Below, in pieces: positions 18,501 to 33,500 of a stretch of 64,000 nucleotides of DNA. How positions within the stretch are numbered: position 1 is the stretch's first letter; each line of letters begins with the position of its first letter. Below the pieces are notes generated by a model. It was not told where the DNA came from. It made no database searches and was given only the letters and a program-made list of their open reading frames with translations. Source of the stretch: Eledone cirrhosa (Eukaryota); contig OZ024742.1 in NCBI GenBank assembly GCA_964016885.1, positions 186,248,001-186,312,000 of the forward strand, written 5' to 3'. The position numbers and the translations under genes are program-made.

Positions 18501-21500
18501 ACAGTACAGTAGTAGTGCTGGTGTCACAGTAAAGTAAGTAGTAGTACTGGTGTCACAGTACAGTAGTAGTGCTGGTGCCACAGTTAAGTAGCAGTGCTGG
18601 TGTCACAGTACAGTAGTGCTGGTGTCACAGCACAGTAGTAGTGTTGGTGCCACAGTACAGTAGTAGTGTTGGTGCCACAGTACAGTAGTAGTGTTGGTGC
18701 CACAGTACAGTAGTAGTGTTGGTGTAACAGTACAGTAGTAGTGCTGGGGCCACAGTACAGTAGCAGTGTTGGTGCCACAGTACAGTAGTAGTGCTGGTGC
18801 CACAGTACAGTAGTAGTGTTGGTTCCACAGTACAGTAGTAGTGCTGGTGCCACAGTAGAGTAGTAGTGCTGTTCCACAGTACAGTAGTAGTGCTGGTGTC
18901 ACAGTACAGTAGTAGTGCTGGTGTCACAGTACAGTAGTAGTGTTGGTGCCACAGTACAGTAGTAGTGTTGGTGTCACGGTACAGTAGTAGTATTGGTGCA
19001 ACAGCACAGTACAGTAGTAGTGCTGGTGTCACAGTACAGTAGTAGTGTTGGTGCCACAGTACAGTAGTAGTGTTGGTGTCACAGTACAGTAGTAGTGTTG
19101 GTGCCACAGTACAGTAGTAGTGCTGGTGTCACAGTACAGTAGTAGTGCTGGTTTCACAGTACAGTAGCAGTGTTGGTGCCACAGTACAGTAGTAGTGCTG
19201 GTGTCACAGTACAGTAGTAGTGTTGGTTCCACAGTACAGTAGTAGTGCTGGTGCCACAGTACAGTAGTAGTGTTGTTACCATAGTACAGTAGTAGTGCTG
19301 GTGTCAAAGTACAGTAGTAGTGTTGTTACCATAGTACAGTAGTAGTGCTGGTGCAACAGTACAGTAGTAGTGCTGGTGTCACAGTACAGTAGTAGTGCTG
19401 GTGTCACAGTACAGTAGTAGTGCTGGTGCCACAGTACAGTAGTGCTGGTGCCACAGTACAGTAGTAGTGTTGGTGTCACAATACATTAGTAGTGTTGTTG
19501 CCACAGTACAGTAGTAGTGTTGGTGCCACAGTACAGTAGTAGTGTTGGTGCCATAGTACAGTAGTAGTGCTGGTGCCACAGTACAGTAGTAGTGTTGGTG
19601 TCACAGTACAGTAGTAGTGCTGGTGCCACAGTACAGTAGCAGTGCTGGTGTCACAGTAGAGTAGTGCTGGTGCCACAGTACAGTAGTAGTGCTGGTGCCA
19701 CAGTACAGTAGTAGTGTTGGTGTCACAGTACAGTAGTAGTGTTGTTTCCACAGTACAGTAGTAGTGTTGGTGCCACAGTACAGTAGTAGTGTTGGTTCCA
19801 CGGTACAGTAGTAGAGCTGGTGTCACAGTACACTAGTAGTGCTGGTCCCACAGTACAGTAGTAGTGTTGGTCCCACAGTACAGTAGCAGTGCTGGTGTCA
19901 CAGTACAGTAGTAGTGCTGGTGCCACAGTACAGTAGTAGTGCTGGTGTCACAGTACAGTAGTAGTGCTGGTGCCACAGTACAGTAGTAGTGTTGGTGTCA
20001 CAGTACATTAGTAGTGTTGTTGCCACAGTACAGTAGTAGTGTTGGTGCCACAGTACAGTAGTAGTGTTGGTGCCATAGTACAGTAGTAGTGCTGGTGCCA
20101 CAGTACAGTAGTAGTGTTGGTGTCACAGTACAGTAGTAGTGCTGGTGCCACAGTACAGTAGCAGTGCTGGTGTCACAGTAGAGTAGTGCTGGTGCCACAG
20201 TACAGTAGTAGTGCTGGTGCCACAGTACAGTAGTGCTGGTGCCACAGTACAGTAGTAGTGTTGGTGTCACAGTACAGTAGTAGTGTTGTTTCCACAGTAC
20301 AGTAGTAGTGTTGGTGCCACAGTACAGTAGTAGTGTTGGTTCCACGGTACAGTAGTAGAGCTGGTGTCACAGTACACTAGTAGTGCTGGTCCCACAGTAC
20401 AGTAGTAGTGTTGGTCCCACAGTACAGTAGCAGTGCTGGTGTCACAGTACAGTAGTAGTGCTGGTGACACAGTACAGTAGTAGTGCTGGTGTCACAGTAC
20501 AGTAGTAGTGCTGGTGCCACAGTACAGTAGTAGTGTTGGTGCCACAGTACAGTAGTAGTGTTGGTGCCACAGTACAGTAGTAGTGCTGTTCCACAGTACA
20601 GTAGTAGTGCTGGTGTCACAGTACAGTAGTAGTGCTGGTGTCGCAGTACAGTAGTAGTGTTGGTGCCACAGTACAGTAGTAGTGTTGGTGTCACGGTACA
20701 GTAGTAGTGTTGGTGCAACAGCACAGTACAGTAGTAGTGTTGTTGCCACAGTACAGTAGTAGTGTTGGTGTCACAGTACAGTAGTAGAGTTGGTGTCACA
20801 GTACAGGAGTAGTGCTGGTGCCACAGTACAGTAGTAGTGCTGGTGTCACAGTACAGTAGTAGTGCTGGTCCCACAGTACAGTAGTAGTGTTGGTGCCACA
20901 GTGCAGTAGTAGTGTTGGTCCCACAGTACAGTAGTAGAGCTGGTGTCACAGTACAGTAGTAGTGCTGTTGTCACAGTACAGTAGTAGTGTTGGTTCCACA
21001 GTGCAGTAGTAGTGTTGGTCCCACAGTACAGTAGTAGAGCTGGTGTCACAGTACAGTAGTAGTGCTGGTGCCACAGTACAGCAGTAGTGTTGGAGCCACA
21101 GTACAGTAGTAGTGTTGGAGCCACAGTACAGTAGTAGTGTTGGTGTCACAGTAGAGTAGTAGTGTTGGTGTCACAGTACAGTAGTAGTGCTGGTGTCACA
21201 GTACAGTAGTAGTGCTGGTGTCACAGTACAGTAGTAGTGCTGATGTCACAGTACAGTAGTAGGGATGGTGTCACAGTACAGTAGTAGTGTTGGTCCCACA
21301 GTAGAGTAGTAGTGTTGGTGTCACAGTACAGTAGAAGTGTTGGTGCCACAGTACAGTAGTAGTGTTGGTGTCACAGTAAGTAGTAGTGTTGGTGTCACAG
21401 TACAGTAGTAGTGCTGGTGTCACAGTACAGTAGTAGTGCTGGTGCCACAGTACAGTAGTAGTGCTGGTGCCACAGTACAGTAGTAGTGTTGGTGTCACAG

Positions 21501-24500
21501 TACAGTAGTAGTGCTCGTGTCACAGTAGAGTAGTAGTGTTGGTGTCACAGTACAGTAGTAGTGTTGGTGCCACAGTACAGTAGTAGTGCTGGTGTCACAG
21601 TAGAGTAGTAGTGCTGGTTCCACAGTACAGTAGTAGTGCCGGTGTCACAGTACAGTAGTAGTGCTGGTGCCACAGTACAGTAGCAGTGCTCGTGTCACAG
21701 TAGAGTAGTAGTGCTGGTGCCACAGTACAGTAGCAGTGCTGGTGTCACAGTACAGTAGTAGTGCTGGTGCCACAGTACAGTAGTAGTGCTGGTGTCACAG
21801 TACAGTAGTAGTGTTGGTGTCACAGTACAGTAGTAGTGTTGGTGCCACAGTACAGTAGTAGTGCTGGTGTCACAGTAGAGTAGTAGTGCTGGTGCCACAG
21901 TACAGTAGTAGTGCCGGTGTCACAGTACAGTAGTAGTGCTGGTGCCACAGTACAGTAGCAGTGCTCGTGTCACAGTAGAGTAGTAGTGCTGGTGCCACAG
22001 TACAGTAGTAGTGCCGGTGTCACAGTACAGTAGTAGTGCTGGTGCCACAGTACAGTAGCAGTGCTGGTGTCACAGTACAGTAGTAGTGTTGGTGCCACAG
22101 TATAGTAGTAGTGTTGGTGTCACAGTACAGTAGTAGAGGTGGTGTCACAGTACAGTAGTAGTACTGGTGCCACAGTACATTATTAGTGCTGGTGCCACAG
22201 TACAGTAGTAGTGTTGGTGCCACAGTACAGTAGTAGTGCTGGTGTCACAGTAAAGTAAGTAGTAGTGCTGGTGTCACAGTACAGTAGTAGTGCTGGTGCC
22301 ACAGTTAAGTAGCAGTGCTGGTGTCACAGTACAGTAGTGCTGGTGTCACAGCACAGTAGTAGTGTTGGTGTCACAGTACAGTAGTAGTGCTGGTGCCACA
22401 ATAAAGTAGTAGTGTTGGTGCCACAGTACAGTAGTAGTGCTGGTATCACAGTCCAGTAGTAGTGCTGGTGCCAAAGTACAGTTGCAGTGTTGGTGCCACA
22501 GTACAGTAGTAGTGCTGGTGTCACAGTACAGTAGTAGTGTTGGTGCCACAGTACAGTAGTAGTGCTGGTGCCACAGTACAGTAGTACTGTTGTTACCATA
22601 GTACAGTAGTAGTGCTGGTGTCACAGTACAGTAGTAGTGTTGTTACCATAGTACAGTAGTAGTGCTGGTGTCACAGTACAGTAGTAGTGCTGGTGTCACA
22701 GTACAGTAGTAGTGCTGGTGCCACAGTACAGTAGTAGTGCTGGTGCCACAGTACAGTAGTTGTGCTGGTGTCACAATACAGTAGTAGTGCTGGTGCCACA
22801 GTACAGTAGGAGTGCTGGTGCCACAGTACAGTAGTAGTGCTGGTGTCACAGTACAGTAGTAGTGTTGGTGCCACAGTGCAGTAGTAGTGTTGGTCCCACA
22901 GTACAGTAGTAGAGCTGGTGTCACAGTACAGTAGTAGTGCTGGTGTCACAGTACAGTAGTAGTGTTGGTTCCACAGTGCAGTAGTAGTGTTGGTCCCACA
23001 GTACAGTAGTAGAGCTGGTGTCACAGTACAGTAGTAGTGCTGGTGCCACAGTACAGTAGTAGTGCTGGTGTCACAGTACAGTAGTAGTGCTGGTCCCACA
23101 GTACAGTAGTAGTGTTGGTGCCACAGTGCAGTAGTAGTGTTGGTCCCACAGTACAGTAGTAGAGCTGGTGTCACATTACAGTAGTAGTGCTGGTGTCACA
23201 GTACAGTAGTAGTGTTGGTTCCACAGTGCAGTAGTAGTGTTGGTCCCACAGTACAGTAGTAGAGCTGGTGTCACAGTACAGTAGTAGTGCTGGTGCCACA
23301 GTACAGTAGTAGTGTTGGTGCCACAGTACAGTAGTAGTGTTGGTGTCACAGTAGAGTAGTAGTGTTGGTGTCACAGTACAGTAGTAGGGATGGTGTCACA
23401 GTACAGTAGTAGTGCTGGTGTCACAGTACAGTAGTAGTGCTGATGTCACAGTACAGTAGTAGTGTTGGTCCCACAGTAGAGTAGTAGTGTTGGTGTCACA
23501 GTACAGTAGAAGTGTTGGTGCCACAGTACAGTAGTAGTGTTGGTGTCACAGTAAGTAGTAGTGTTGGTGTCACAGTACAGTAGTAGTGCCGGTGTCACAG
23601 TACAGTAGTAGTGCTGGTGCCACAGTACAGTAGCAGTGCTGGTGTCACAGTACAGTAGTAGTGCTGGTGCCACAGTACAGTAGTAGTGCTGGTGTCACAG
23701 TACAGTAGTAGTGTTGGTGTCACAGTACAGTAGTAGTGCTGGTGCCACAGAACAGTAGCAGTGCTGGTGTCACAGTAGAGTAGTGCTGGTGCCACAGTAG
23801 GGTAGTAGTGTTGGTGCCACAGTACAGTAGTAGTGCTGGTGTCACAGTACAGTAGTAGTGCTGGTTCCACAGTACAGTAGTAGTGTTGGTGTCACAGTAC
23901 AGTAGTAGTGCTGGTGTCACAGTACAGTAGTAATGCTGGTCCCACAGTACAGTAGTAGTGTTGGTTCCAGAGTACAGTAGTAGAGCTGGTGTCACAGTAC
24001 AGTAGTAGTGCTGGTCCCACAGTACAGTAGTAGTGTTGGTGCCACAGTACAGTAGCAGTGCTGGTGTCACAGTACAGTAGTAGTGCTGGTGCCACAGTAC
24101 AGTAGTAGTGCTGGTGTCACAGTACAGTAGTAGTGTTGGTGCCACAGTACAGTAGTGGTGTTGGTCCCACAGTACAGTAGTAGTGTTGGTGCCACAGTAC
24201 AGTAGTAGTGTTGGTCCCACAGTACAGTAGTAGTGTTGATCCCACAGTACAGTAGTAGTGCTTGTCCCACAGTACAGTAGTAGTGTTGGTGCCACAGTAC
24301 AGTAGTAGTGCTGGTGCCACAGTACAGTAGTAGTGCTGGTGTCACAGTACAGTAGTAGTGTTGGTGCCACAGTATAGTAGTAGTGTTGGTGTCACAGTAC
24401 AGTAGTAGAGGTGGTGTCACAGTACAGTAGTAGTACTGGTGCCACAGTACATTATTAGTGCTGGTGCCACAGTACAGTAGTAGTGTTGGTTCCACAGTAC

Positions 24501-27500
24501 AGTAGTAGTGCTGGTGTCACAGTAAAGTAAGTAGTAGTGCTGGTGTCACAGTACAGTAGTAGTGCTGGTGCCACAGTTAAGTAGCAGTGCTGGTGTCACA
24601 GTACAATAGTGCTGGTGTCAGAGCACAGTAGTAGTGTTGGTGTCACAGTACAGTAGTAGTGCTGGTGCCACAATAAAGTAGTAGTGTTGGTGCCACAGTA
24701 CAGTAGTAGTGCTGGTATCACAGTACAGTAGTAGTGCTGGTGCCAAAGTACAGTAGTAGTGCTGGTGTCACAGTACAGTAGTAGTGTTGGTGCCACAGTA
24801 CAGTAGTAGTGCTGGTGCCACAGTACAGTAGTAGTGTTGTTACCATAGTACAGTAGTATTGCTGGTGTCACAGTACAGTAGTAGTGTTGTTACCATAGTA
24901 CAGTAGTAGTGCTGGTGTCACAGTACAGTAGTAGTGCTGGTGTCACAGTACAGTAGTAGTGCTGGTGCCACAGGACAGTAGTAGTGCTGGTGCCACAGTA
25001 CAGTAGTTGTGCTGGTGTCACAATACAGTAGTAGTGCTGGTGCCACAGTACAGTAGGAGTGCTGGTGCCACAGTACAGTAGTAGTGCTGGTGTCACAGTA
25101 CAGTAGTAGTGTTGGTGTCACGGTACAGTAGTAGTGTTGGTGCAACAGTACAGTAGTAGTGTTGGTGTCACAGTACAGTAGTAGTGCTGGTGCCACAGTA
25201 CAGTAGCAGTGCTGGTGTCACAGTACAGTAGTAGTGCTGGTGCCACAGTACAGTAGTAGTGCTGGTGCCACAGTAGAGTAGTAGTGTTGGTGTCACAGTA
25301 CAGTAGTAGTGCTGGTCCCACAGTACAGTAGCAGTGCTGGTGTCACAGTAGAGTAGTGCTGGTGCCACAGTACAGTAGTAGTGCTCGTGCCACAGTAGAG
25401 TAGTAGTGCTGGTGCCACAGTACAGTAGTAGTGTTGGTGTCACAGTACAGTAGTAGTGTTGTTGCCACAGTACAGTAGAAGTGTTGGTGCCACAGTACAG
25501 TAGTAGTGTTGGTCCCACAGTACAGTAGTAGTGTTGGTGCCACAGTACAGTAGCAGTGCTGATGTCACAGTACAGTAGTAGTGCTGGTGCCACAGTACAG
25601 TAGTAGTTCTGGTGCCACAGTACAGTAGTAGTGCTGGTGTCACAGTACAGTAGTAGTGTTGGTGTCACGGTACAGTAGTAGTGTTGGTGCAACAGCACAG
25701 TACAGTAGTAGTGTTGTTGCCACAGTACAGTAGTAGTGTTGGTCCCACAGTACAGTAGTAGTGTTGGTGTCACAGTACAGTAGTAGTGCTGGTGCCACAG
25801 TACAGTAGTTGAGCTGGTGTCACAGTACAGTAGTAGTGGTGGTGTCACAGTACAGTAGTAGTGTTGGTGCCACAGTACAGTAGTAGTGTTGGTGTCACAG
25901 TAAGTAGTAGTGTTGGTGTCACAGTACAGTAGTAGTGCTGGTACCACAGTACAGTAGTAGTGCTGGTGCCACAGTACAGTAGTAGTGTTGGTGTCACAGT
26001 ACAGTAGTAGTGTTCGTGTCACAGTAGAGTAGTAGTGCTGGTGCCACAGTACAGTAGTAGTGCTGGTGTCACAGTACAGTAGTAGTGCTGGTGCCACAGT
26101 ACAGTAGTACTGCTGGTGTCACAGTACAGTAGTAGTGTTGGTGCCACAGTACAGTAGTAGTGCTGGTGCCACAGTACACTAGTAGTGTTGTTACCATAGT
26201 ACAGTAGTAGTGCTGGTGTCACAGTACAGTAGTAGTGTTGTTACCATAGAACAGTAGTAGTGCTGGTGCAACAGTACAGTAGTAGTGCTGGTGTCACAGT
26301 ACAGTAGTAGTGCTGGTGCCACAGTACAGTAGTAGTGCTGGTACCACAGTACAGTAGTAGTGTTGGTGTCACAGTACAGTAGTAGTGCTGGTGCCACAGT
26401 ACAGTAGCAGTGCTGGTTCACAGTAGAGTAGTGCTGGTGCCACAGTACAGTAGTAGTGCTGGTGCCACAGTACAGTAGTAGTGATGGTGTCACAGTACAG
26501 TAGTAGTGCTGGTGTCACAGTACAGTAGTAGTGTTGGTGCCACAGTACAGTAGTAGTGTTGGTGCCACAGTACAGTAGTAGTGCTGGTGTCACAGTACAG
26601 TAGTAGTACTGGTGTCACAGTACAGTAGTAGTGCTGGTGCCACAGTACAGTAGCAGTGTTGGTGCCACAGTACAGTAGTAGTGCTGGTGTCACAGTACAG
26701 TAGTAGTGTTGGTGCCACAGTACAGTAGTAGTGCTGGTGCCACAGTACACTAGTAGTGTTGTTACCATAGTACAGTAGTAGTGCTGGTGTCACAGTACAG
26801 TAGTAGTGTTGTTACCATAGAACAGTAGTAGTGCTGGTGCAACAGTGCAGTAGTAGTGCTGGTGTCACAGTACAGTAGTAGTGCTGGTGCCACAGTACAG
26901 TAGTAGTGCTGGTGCCACAGTACAGTAGTTGTGCTGGTGTCACAGTACAGTAGTAGTGCTGGTGCCACAGTACAGTAGGAGTGCTGGTACCACAGTACAG
27001 TAGTAGTGCTGGTGTCACAGTACAGTAGTAGTGTTGGTGTCACGGTACAGTAGTAGTGTTGGTGCAACAGCACAGTACAGTAGTAGTGTTGTTGCCACAG
27101 TACAGTAGTAGTGTCGGTGTCACAGTACAGTAGTAGTGCTGGTGCCACAGTACAGTAGTAGTGTTGGTGTCACAGTACAGTAGTAGTGCTGGTGCCACAG
27201 TACAGTAGTAGTGCTGGTGCCGCAGTACACTAGTAGTGCTGGTGCCACAGTACAGTAGTAGTGTTGGTGTCACAGTACAGTAGTAGTGCTGGTGCCACAG
27301 TACAGTAGCAGTGCTGGTGTCACAGTAGCAGTGCTGGTGTCACAGTAGAGCAGTGCTGGTGCCACAGTACAGTAGTGCTGGTGCGACAGTACAGTAGTAG
27401 TGTTGGTGTCACAGTACAGTAGTAGTGTTGGTGCCACAGTAGAGTAGTAGTGTTGGTGCCACAGTACAGTAGTAGAGCTGGTGTCACGTTACACTAGTAG

Positions 27501-30500
27501 TGCTGGTCCCACAGTACAGTAGTAGTGTTGGTGCCAAAGTACAGTAGTAGTGTTGGTGCCACAGTACAGTAGTAGTGCTGTTCCCCAGTACAGTAGTAGT
27601 GCTGGTGTCACAGTACAGTAGTAGTGTTGGTGTCACAGTACAGTAGTAGTGTTGGTGTCACGGTACAGTAGTAGTGTTGGTGTCACAGTACAGTAGTAGT
27701 GTTGGTGCCACAGTACAGTAGTAGTGCTGTTCCACAGTACAGTAGTAGTGCTGGTGTCACAGTACAGTAGTAGTGCTGGTGTCACAGTACAGTAGTAGTG
27801 CTGGTGCCACAGTACAGTAGTAGTGTTGGTGCCACAGTACAGTAGTAGTGCTCGTGTCACAGAAGAGTAGTAGTGCTGGTGCCACAGTACAGTAGTAGTG
27901 CTGGTGTCACAGTACAGTAGTAGTGCTGGTGCCACAGTACAGGAGTAGTGCTGGTGTCACAGTACAGTAGTAGTGCTGGTGCCATAGTACAGTAGCAGTG
28001 CTGGTGTCACAGTACAGTAGTAGTGCTGGTGCCACAGTACAGTAGTAGTGCTGGTGTCACAGTACAGTAGTAGTGTTGGTGTCACAGTACAGTAGTAGTG
28101 CTGGTGCCACAGGACAGTAGCAGTGCTGGTGTCACAGTAGAGTAGTGCTGGTGCCACAGTACAGTAGTAGTGTTGGTGCCACAGTACAGTAGTAGAGCTG
28201 GTGCCACAGTACAGTAGTAGTGTTGGTGTCACAGTACAGTAGTAGTGCTGGTGTCACAGTACAGTAGTAATGCTGGTCCCACAGTGCAGTAGTAGTGTTG
28301 GTTCCACAGTACAGTAGTAGAGCTGGTGTCACAGTACAGTAGTAGAGCTGGTGTCACAGTACAGTAGTAGTGTTGGTGCCACAGTACAGTAGCAGTGCTG
28401 GTGTCACAGTACAGTAGTAGTGCTGGTGCCACAGTACAGTAGTAGTGTTGGTGCCACAGTACAGTAGTAGTGTTGGTGCCACAGTACAGTAGTAGTGTTG
28501 GTGCCACAGTACAGTAGTAGTGTTGGTCCCACAGTACAGTAGTAGTGTTGATCCCACAGTACAGTAGTAGTGCTTGTCCCACAGTACAGTTGTAGTGTTG
28601 GTGCCACAGTACAGTAGTAGTGTTGGTGCCACAGTACAGTAGTAGTGCTGTTCCACAGTACAGTAGTAGTGCTGGTGTCACAGTACAGTAGTAGTGCTGG
28701 TGTCACAGTACAGTAGTAGTGTTGGTGCCACAGTATAGTAGTAGTGTTGGTGTCACAGTACAGTAGTAGTGCTGGTGCCACAGTACAGTAGTAGTACTGG
28801 TGCCACAGTACATTATTAGTGCTGGTGCCACAGTACAGTAGTAGTGTTGGTGCCACAGTACATTAGTAGTGCTGGTGCCACAGTACAGTAGTAGTGCTGG
28901 TGTCACAGTAAAGTAAGTAGTAGTGCTGGTGTCACAGTACAGTAGTAGTGCTGGTGCCAGTTAAGTAGCAGTGCTGGTGTCACAGTACAGTAGTGCTGGT
29001 GTCACAGCACAGTAGTAGTGTTGGTGTCACAGTACAGTAGTAGTGCTGGTGCCACAATAAAGTAGTAGTGTTGGTGCCACAGTACAGTAGTAGTGCTGGT
29101 GTCACAGTACAGTAGTAGTGCTGGTGCCACAGTACAGTAGCAGTGTTGGTGCCACAGTACAGTAGTAGTGCTGGTGTCACAGTACAGTAGTAGTGTTGGT
29201 GCCACAGTACAGTAGTAGTGCTGGTGCCACAGTACAGTAGTAGTGCTGGTGCCACAGTAGTAGTGTTGTTACCATAGTACAGTAGTAGTGCTGGTGTCAC
29301 AGTACAGTAGTAGTGTTGTTACCATAGTACAGTAGTAGTGCTGGTGTCACAGTACAGTAGTAGTGTTGTTACCATAGTACAGTAGTAGTGCTGGTGTCAC
29401 AGTACAGTAGTAGGGCTGGTGCCACATTACAGTAGTAGTGCTGGTGCCACAGTACAGTAGTTGTGCTGGTGTCACAGTACAGTAGTAGTGCTGGTGCCAC
29501 AGTACAGTAGGAGTGCTGGTGCCACAGTACAGTAGTAGTGCTGGTGTCACAGTAGAGTAGTAGTGTTGCTGTCACGGTACAGTAGTAGTGTTGGTGCAAC
29601 AGCACAGTACAGTAGTAGTGTTGTTGCCACAGTACAGTAGTAGTGTTGGTGTCACAGTACAGTAGTAGTGCTGGTGCCACAGTACAGTAGCAGTGCTGGT
29701 GTCAGAGTACAGTAGTAGTGCTGGTGCCACAGTAGAGGAGTAGTGTTGGTGTCACAGTACAGTAGTAGTGCTGGTGCCACAGTACAGTAGCAGTGCTGGT
29801 GTCACAGTAGAGTAGTGCTGGTGCCACAGTACAGTAGTAGTGCTGCTGCCACAGTACAGTAGTAGTGCTGGTGCCACAGTACAGCAGTAGTGTTGTTGCC
29901 ACAGTACACTAGTAGTGTTGGTGCCACAGTACAGTAGTAGTGTCGGTGCCACAGTACAGTAGTAGTGTTGGTTCCACGGTACAGTAGTAGAGCTGGTGTC
30001 ACAGTTCAGTAGTAGTGCTGGTCCCACAGTATAGTAGTAGTGTTGGTGCCACAGTACAGTAGCAGTGCTGGTGCCACAGTACAGTAGTAGTGCTGGTGTC
30101 ACAGTACAGTAGTAGTTTTGGTGTCACGGTACAGTAGTAGTGTTGGTGCAACAGCACAGTACAGTAGTAGTGTTGTTGCCACAGTACAGTAGTAGTGTTG
30201 GTCCCACAGTACAGTAGTAGTGTTAGTGTCACAGTACAGTAGTAGTGCTGGTGCCACAGTACAGTAGTAGAGCTGGTGTCACAGTACAGTAGTAGTGGTG
30301 GTGTCACAGTACAGTAGTAGTGTTGGTGCCACAGTACAGTAGTAGTGTTGCTGTCACAGTAAGTAGTAGTGTTGGTGTCACAGTACAGTAGTAGTGCTGG
30401 TGTCACAGTACAGTAGTAGTGCTGGTGCCACAGTACAGTAGTAGTGCTGGAGCCACAGTACAGTAGTAGTGTTGGTGTCACAGTACAGTAGTAGTGCTCG

Positions 30501-33500
30501 TGTCACAGTAGAGTAGTAGTGTTGTTGCCACAGTACAGTAGTAGTGTTGGTGTCACAGTTCAGTAGTAGTGCTGGTGCCACAGTACAGTAGCAATGCTGG
30601 TGTCACAGTACAGTAGTAGTGCTGGTGCCACAGTACAGTAGTAGTGCTGGTGCCACAGTAGAGTAGTAGTGTTGGTGTCACAGTACAGTAGTAGTGCTGG
30701 TCCCACAGTACAGTAGCAGTGCTGGTGTCACAGTAGAGTAGTGCTGGTGCCACAGTACAGTAGTAGTGCTGGTGTCACAGTACAGTAGTAGTGCTGGTGC
30801 CACAGTACAGTAGTAGTGCTGGTGCAAACAGTACAGTAGTAGTGTTGGTGTCACAATACAGTAGTAGTGTTGTTGCCACAGTACAGTAGTAGTGTTGGTG
30901 CCACAGTACAGTAGTAGTGTTGGTGCCACAGTACAGTAGTAGTGTTGGTTCCACGGTACAGTAGTAGAGCTGGTGTCACAGTTCAGTAGTAGTGCTGGTC
31001 CCACAGTACAGTAGTAGTGTTGGTGCCACAGTACAGTAGCAGTGCTGGTGTCACAGTACAGTAGTAGTGCTGGTGCCACAGTACAGTAGTAGTGTTGGTG
31101 CCACAGTGCAGTAGTAGTGTTGGTCCCACAGTACAGTAGTAGAGCTGGTGTCACAGTACAGTAGTAGTGCTGGTGTCACAGTACAGTAGTAGTGCTGATG
31201 TCACAGTACAGTAGTAGGGTTGGTGTCACTGTACAGTAGTAGTGTTGGTCCCACAGTACAGTAGTAGTGTTGGTGTCACAGTACAGTAGTAGTGCTGGTG
31301 CCACAGTACAGTAGTAGAGCTGGTGTCACAGTACAGTAGTAGTGGTGGTGTCACAGTACAGTAGTAGTGTTGGTGCCACAGTACAGTAGTAGTGTTGCTG
31401 TCACAGTAAGTAGTAGTGTTGGTGTCACAGTACAGTAGTAGTGCTGGTGTCACAGTACAGTAGTAGTGCTGGTGCCACAGTACAGTAGTAGTGCTGGTGC
31501 CACAGTACAGTAGTAGTGTTGGTGTCACAGTACAGTAGTAGTGCTCGTGTCACAGTAGAGTAGTAGTGTTGTTGCCACAGTACAGTAGTAGTGTTGGTGT
31601 CACAGTACAGTAGTAGTGCTGGTGCCACAGTACAGTAGCAATGCTGGTGTCACAGTACAGTAGTAGTGCTGGTGCCACAGTACAGTAGTAGTGCTCGTGC
31701 CACAGTAGAGTAGTAGTGTTGGTGTCACAGTACAGTAGTAGTGCTGGTCCCACAGTACAGTAGCAGTGCTGGTGTCACAGTAGAGTAGTGCTGGTGCCAC
31801 AGTACAGTAGTAGTGCTGGTGCCACAGTACAGTAGTAGTGCTGGTGCCACAGTACAGTAGTAGTGTTGGTGTCACAGTACAGTAGTAGTGTTGTTGCCAC
31901 AGAACAGTAGTAGTGTTGGTGCCACAGTACAGTAGTAGTGTTGGTGCCACAGTACAGTAGTAGTGTTGGTTCCACGGTACAGTAGTAGAGCTGGTGTCAA
32001 AGTTCAGTAGTAGTGCTGGTCCCACAGTACAGTAGTAGTGTTGGTGCCACAGTACAGTAGCAGTGCTGGTGTCACAGTACAGTAGTAGTGCTGGTGCCAC
32101 AGTACAGTAGTAGTGTTGGTGCCACAGTACAGTAGTAGTGCTGGTGTCACAGTACAGTAGTAGTGTTGGTGTCACGGTACAGTAGTAGTGTTGGTCCCAC
32201 AGTACAGTAGTAGTGTTGGTGTCACAGTACAGTAGTAGTGCTGGTGCCACAGTACAGTAGTAGTGTTGGTGTCACAGTACAGTAGTAGTGTTCGTGTCAC
32301 AGTAGAGTAGAAGTGCTGGTGCCACAGTACAGTAGTACTGCTGGTGTCACAGTACAGTAGTAGTGTTGGTGCCACAGTACAGTAGTAGTGCTGGTGCCAC
32401 AGTACACTAGTAGTGTTGTTACCATAGTACAGTAGTAGTGCTGGTGTCACAGTACAGTAGTAGTGTTGTTACCATAGAACAGTAGTAGTGCTGGTGCAAC
32501 AGTACAGTAGTAGTGCTGGTGTCACAGTACAGTAGTAGTGCTGGTGTCACACTACAGTAGTAGTGCTGGTGCCACAGTACAGTAGTAGTGCTGGTGCCAC
32601 ATTACAGTAGTTGTGCTGGTGTCACAGTACAGTAGTAGTGCTGGTGCCACAGTACAGTAGGAGTGCTGGTGCCACAGTACAGTAGTAGTGCTGGTGTCAC
32701 AGTACAGTAGTAGTGTTGGTGTCACGGTACAGTAGTAGTGTTGGTGCAACAGCACAGTACAGTAGTAGTGTTGTTGCCACAGTACAGTAGTAGTGTCGGT
32801 GTCACAGTACAGTAGTAGTGCTGGTGCCACAGTACAGTAGTAGTGTCGGTGTCACAGTACAGTAGTAGTGCTGGTGCCACAGTACAGTAGTAGTGTTGGT
32901 GTCACAGTACAGTAGTAGTGCTGGTGCCACAGTACAGTAGTAGTGCTGGTGCCACAGTACAGTAGTAGTGCTGGTGCCACAGTACAGTAGTAGTGATGGT
33001 GTCACAGTACAGTAGTAGTGCTGGTGCCACAGTACAGTAGCAGTGCTGGTGTCACAGTAGAGTAGTGCTGGTGCGACAGTACAGTAGTAGTGTTGGTGTC
33101 ACAGTACAGTAGTAGTGTTTTTGCCACAGTACAGTAGTAGTGTTGGTTCCACGGTACAGTAGTAGAGCTGGTGTCACGTTACACTAGTAGTGCTGGTCCC
33201 ACAGTACAGTAGTAGTGTTGGTGCCACAGTACAGTAGTAGTGTTGGTGCCACAGTACAGTAGTAGTGCTGTTCCCCAGTACAGTAGTAGTGCTGGTGTCA
33301 CAGTACAGTAGTAGTGTTGGTGTCACAGTACAGTAGTAGTGTTGGTGCCACAGTACAGTAGTAGAGCTGGTGCCACAGTACAGTAGTAGTGTTGGTGTCA
33401 CAGTACAGTAGTAGTGCTGGTGTCACAGTACAGTAGTAATGCTGGTCCCACAGTGCAGTAGTAGTGTTGGTTCCACAGTACAGTAGTAGAGCTGGTGTCA

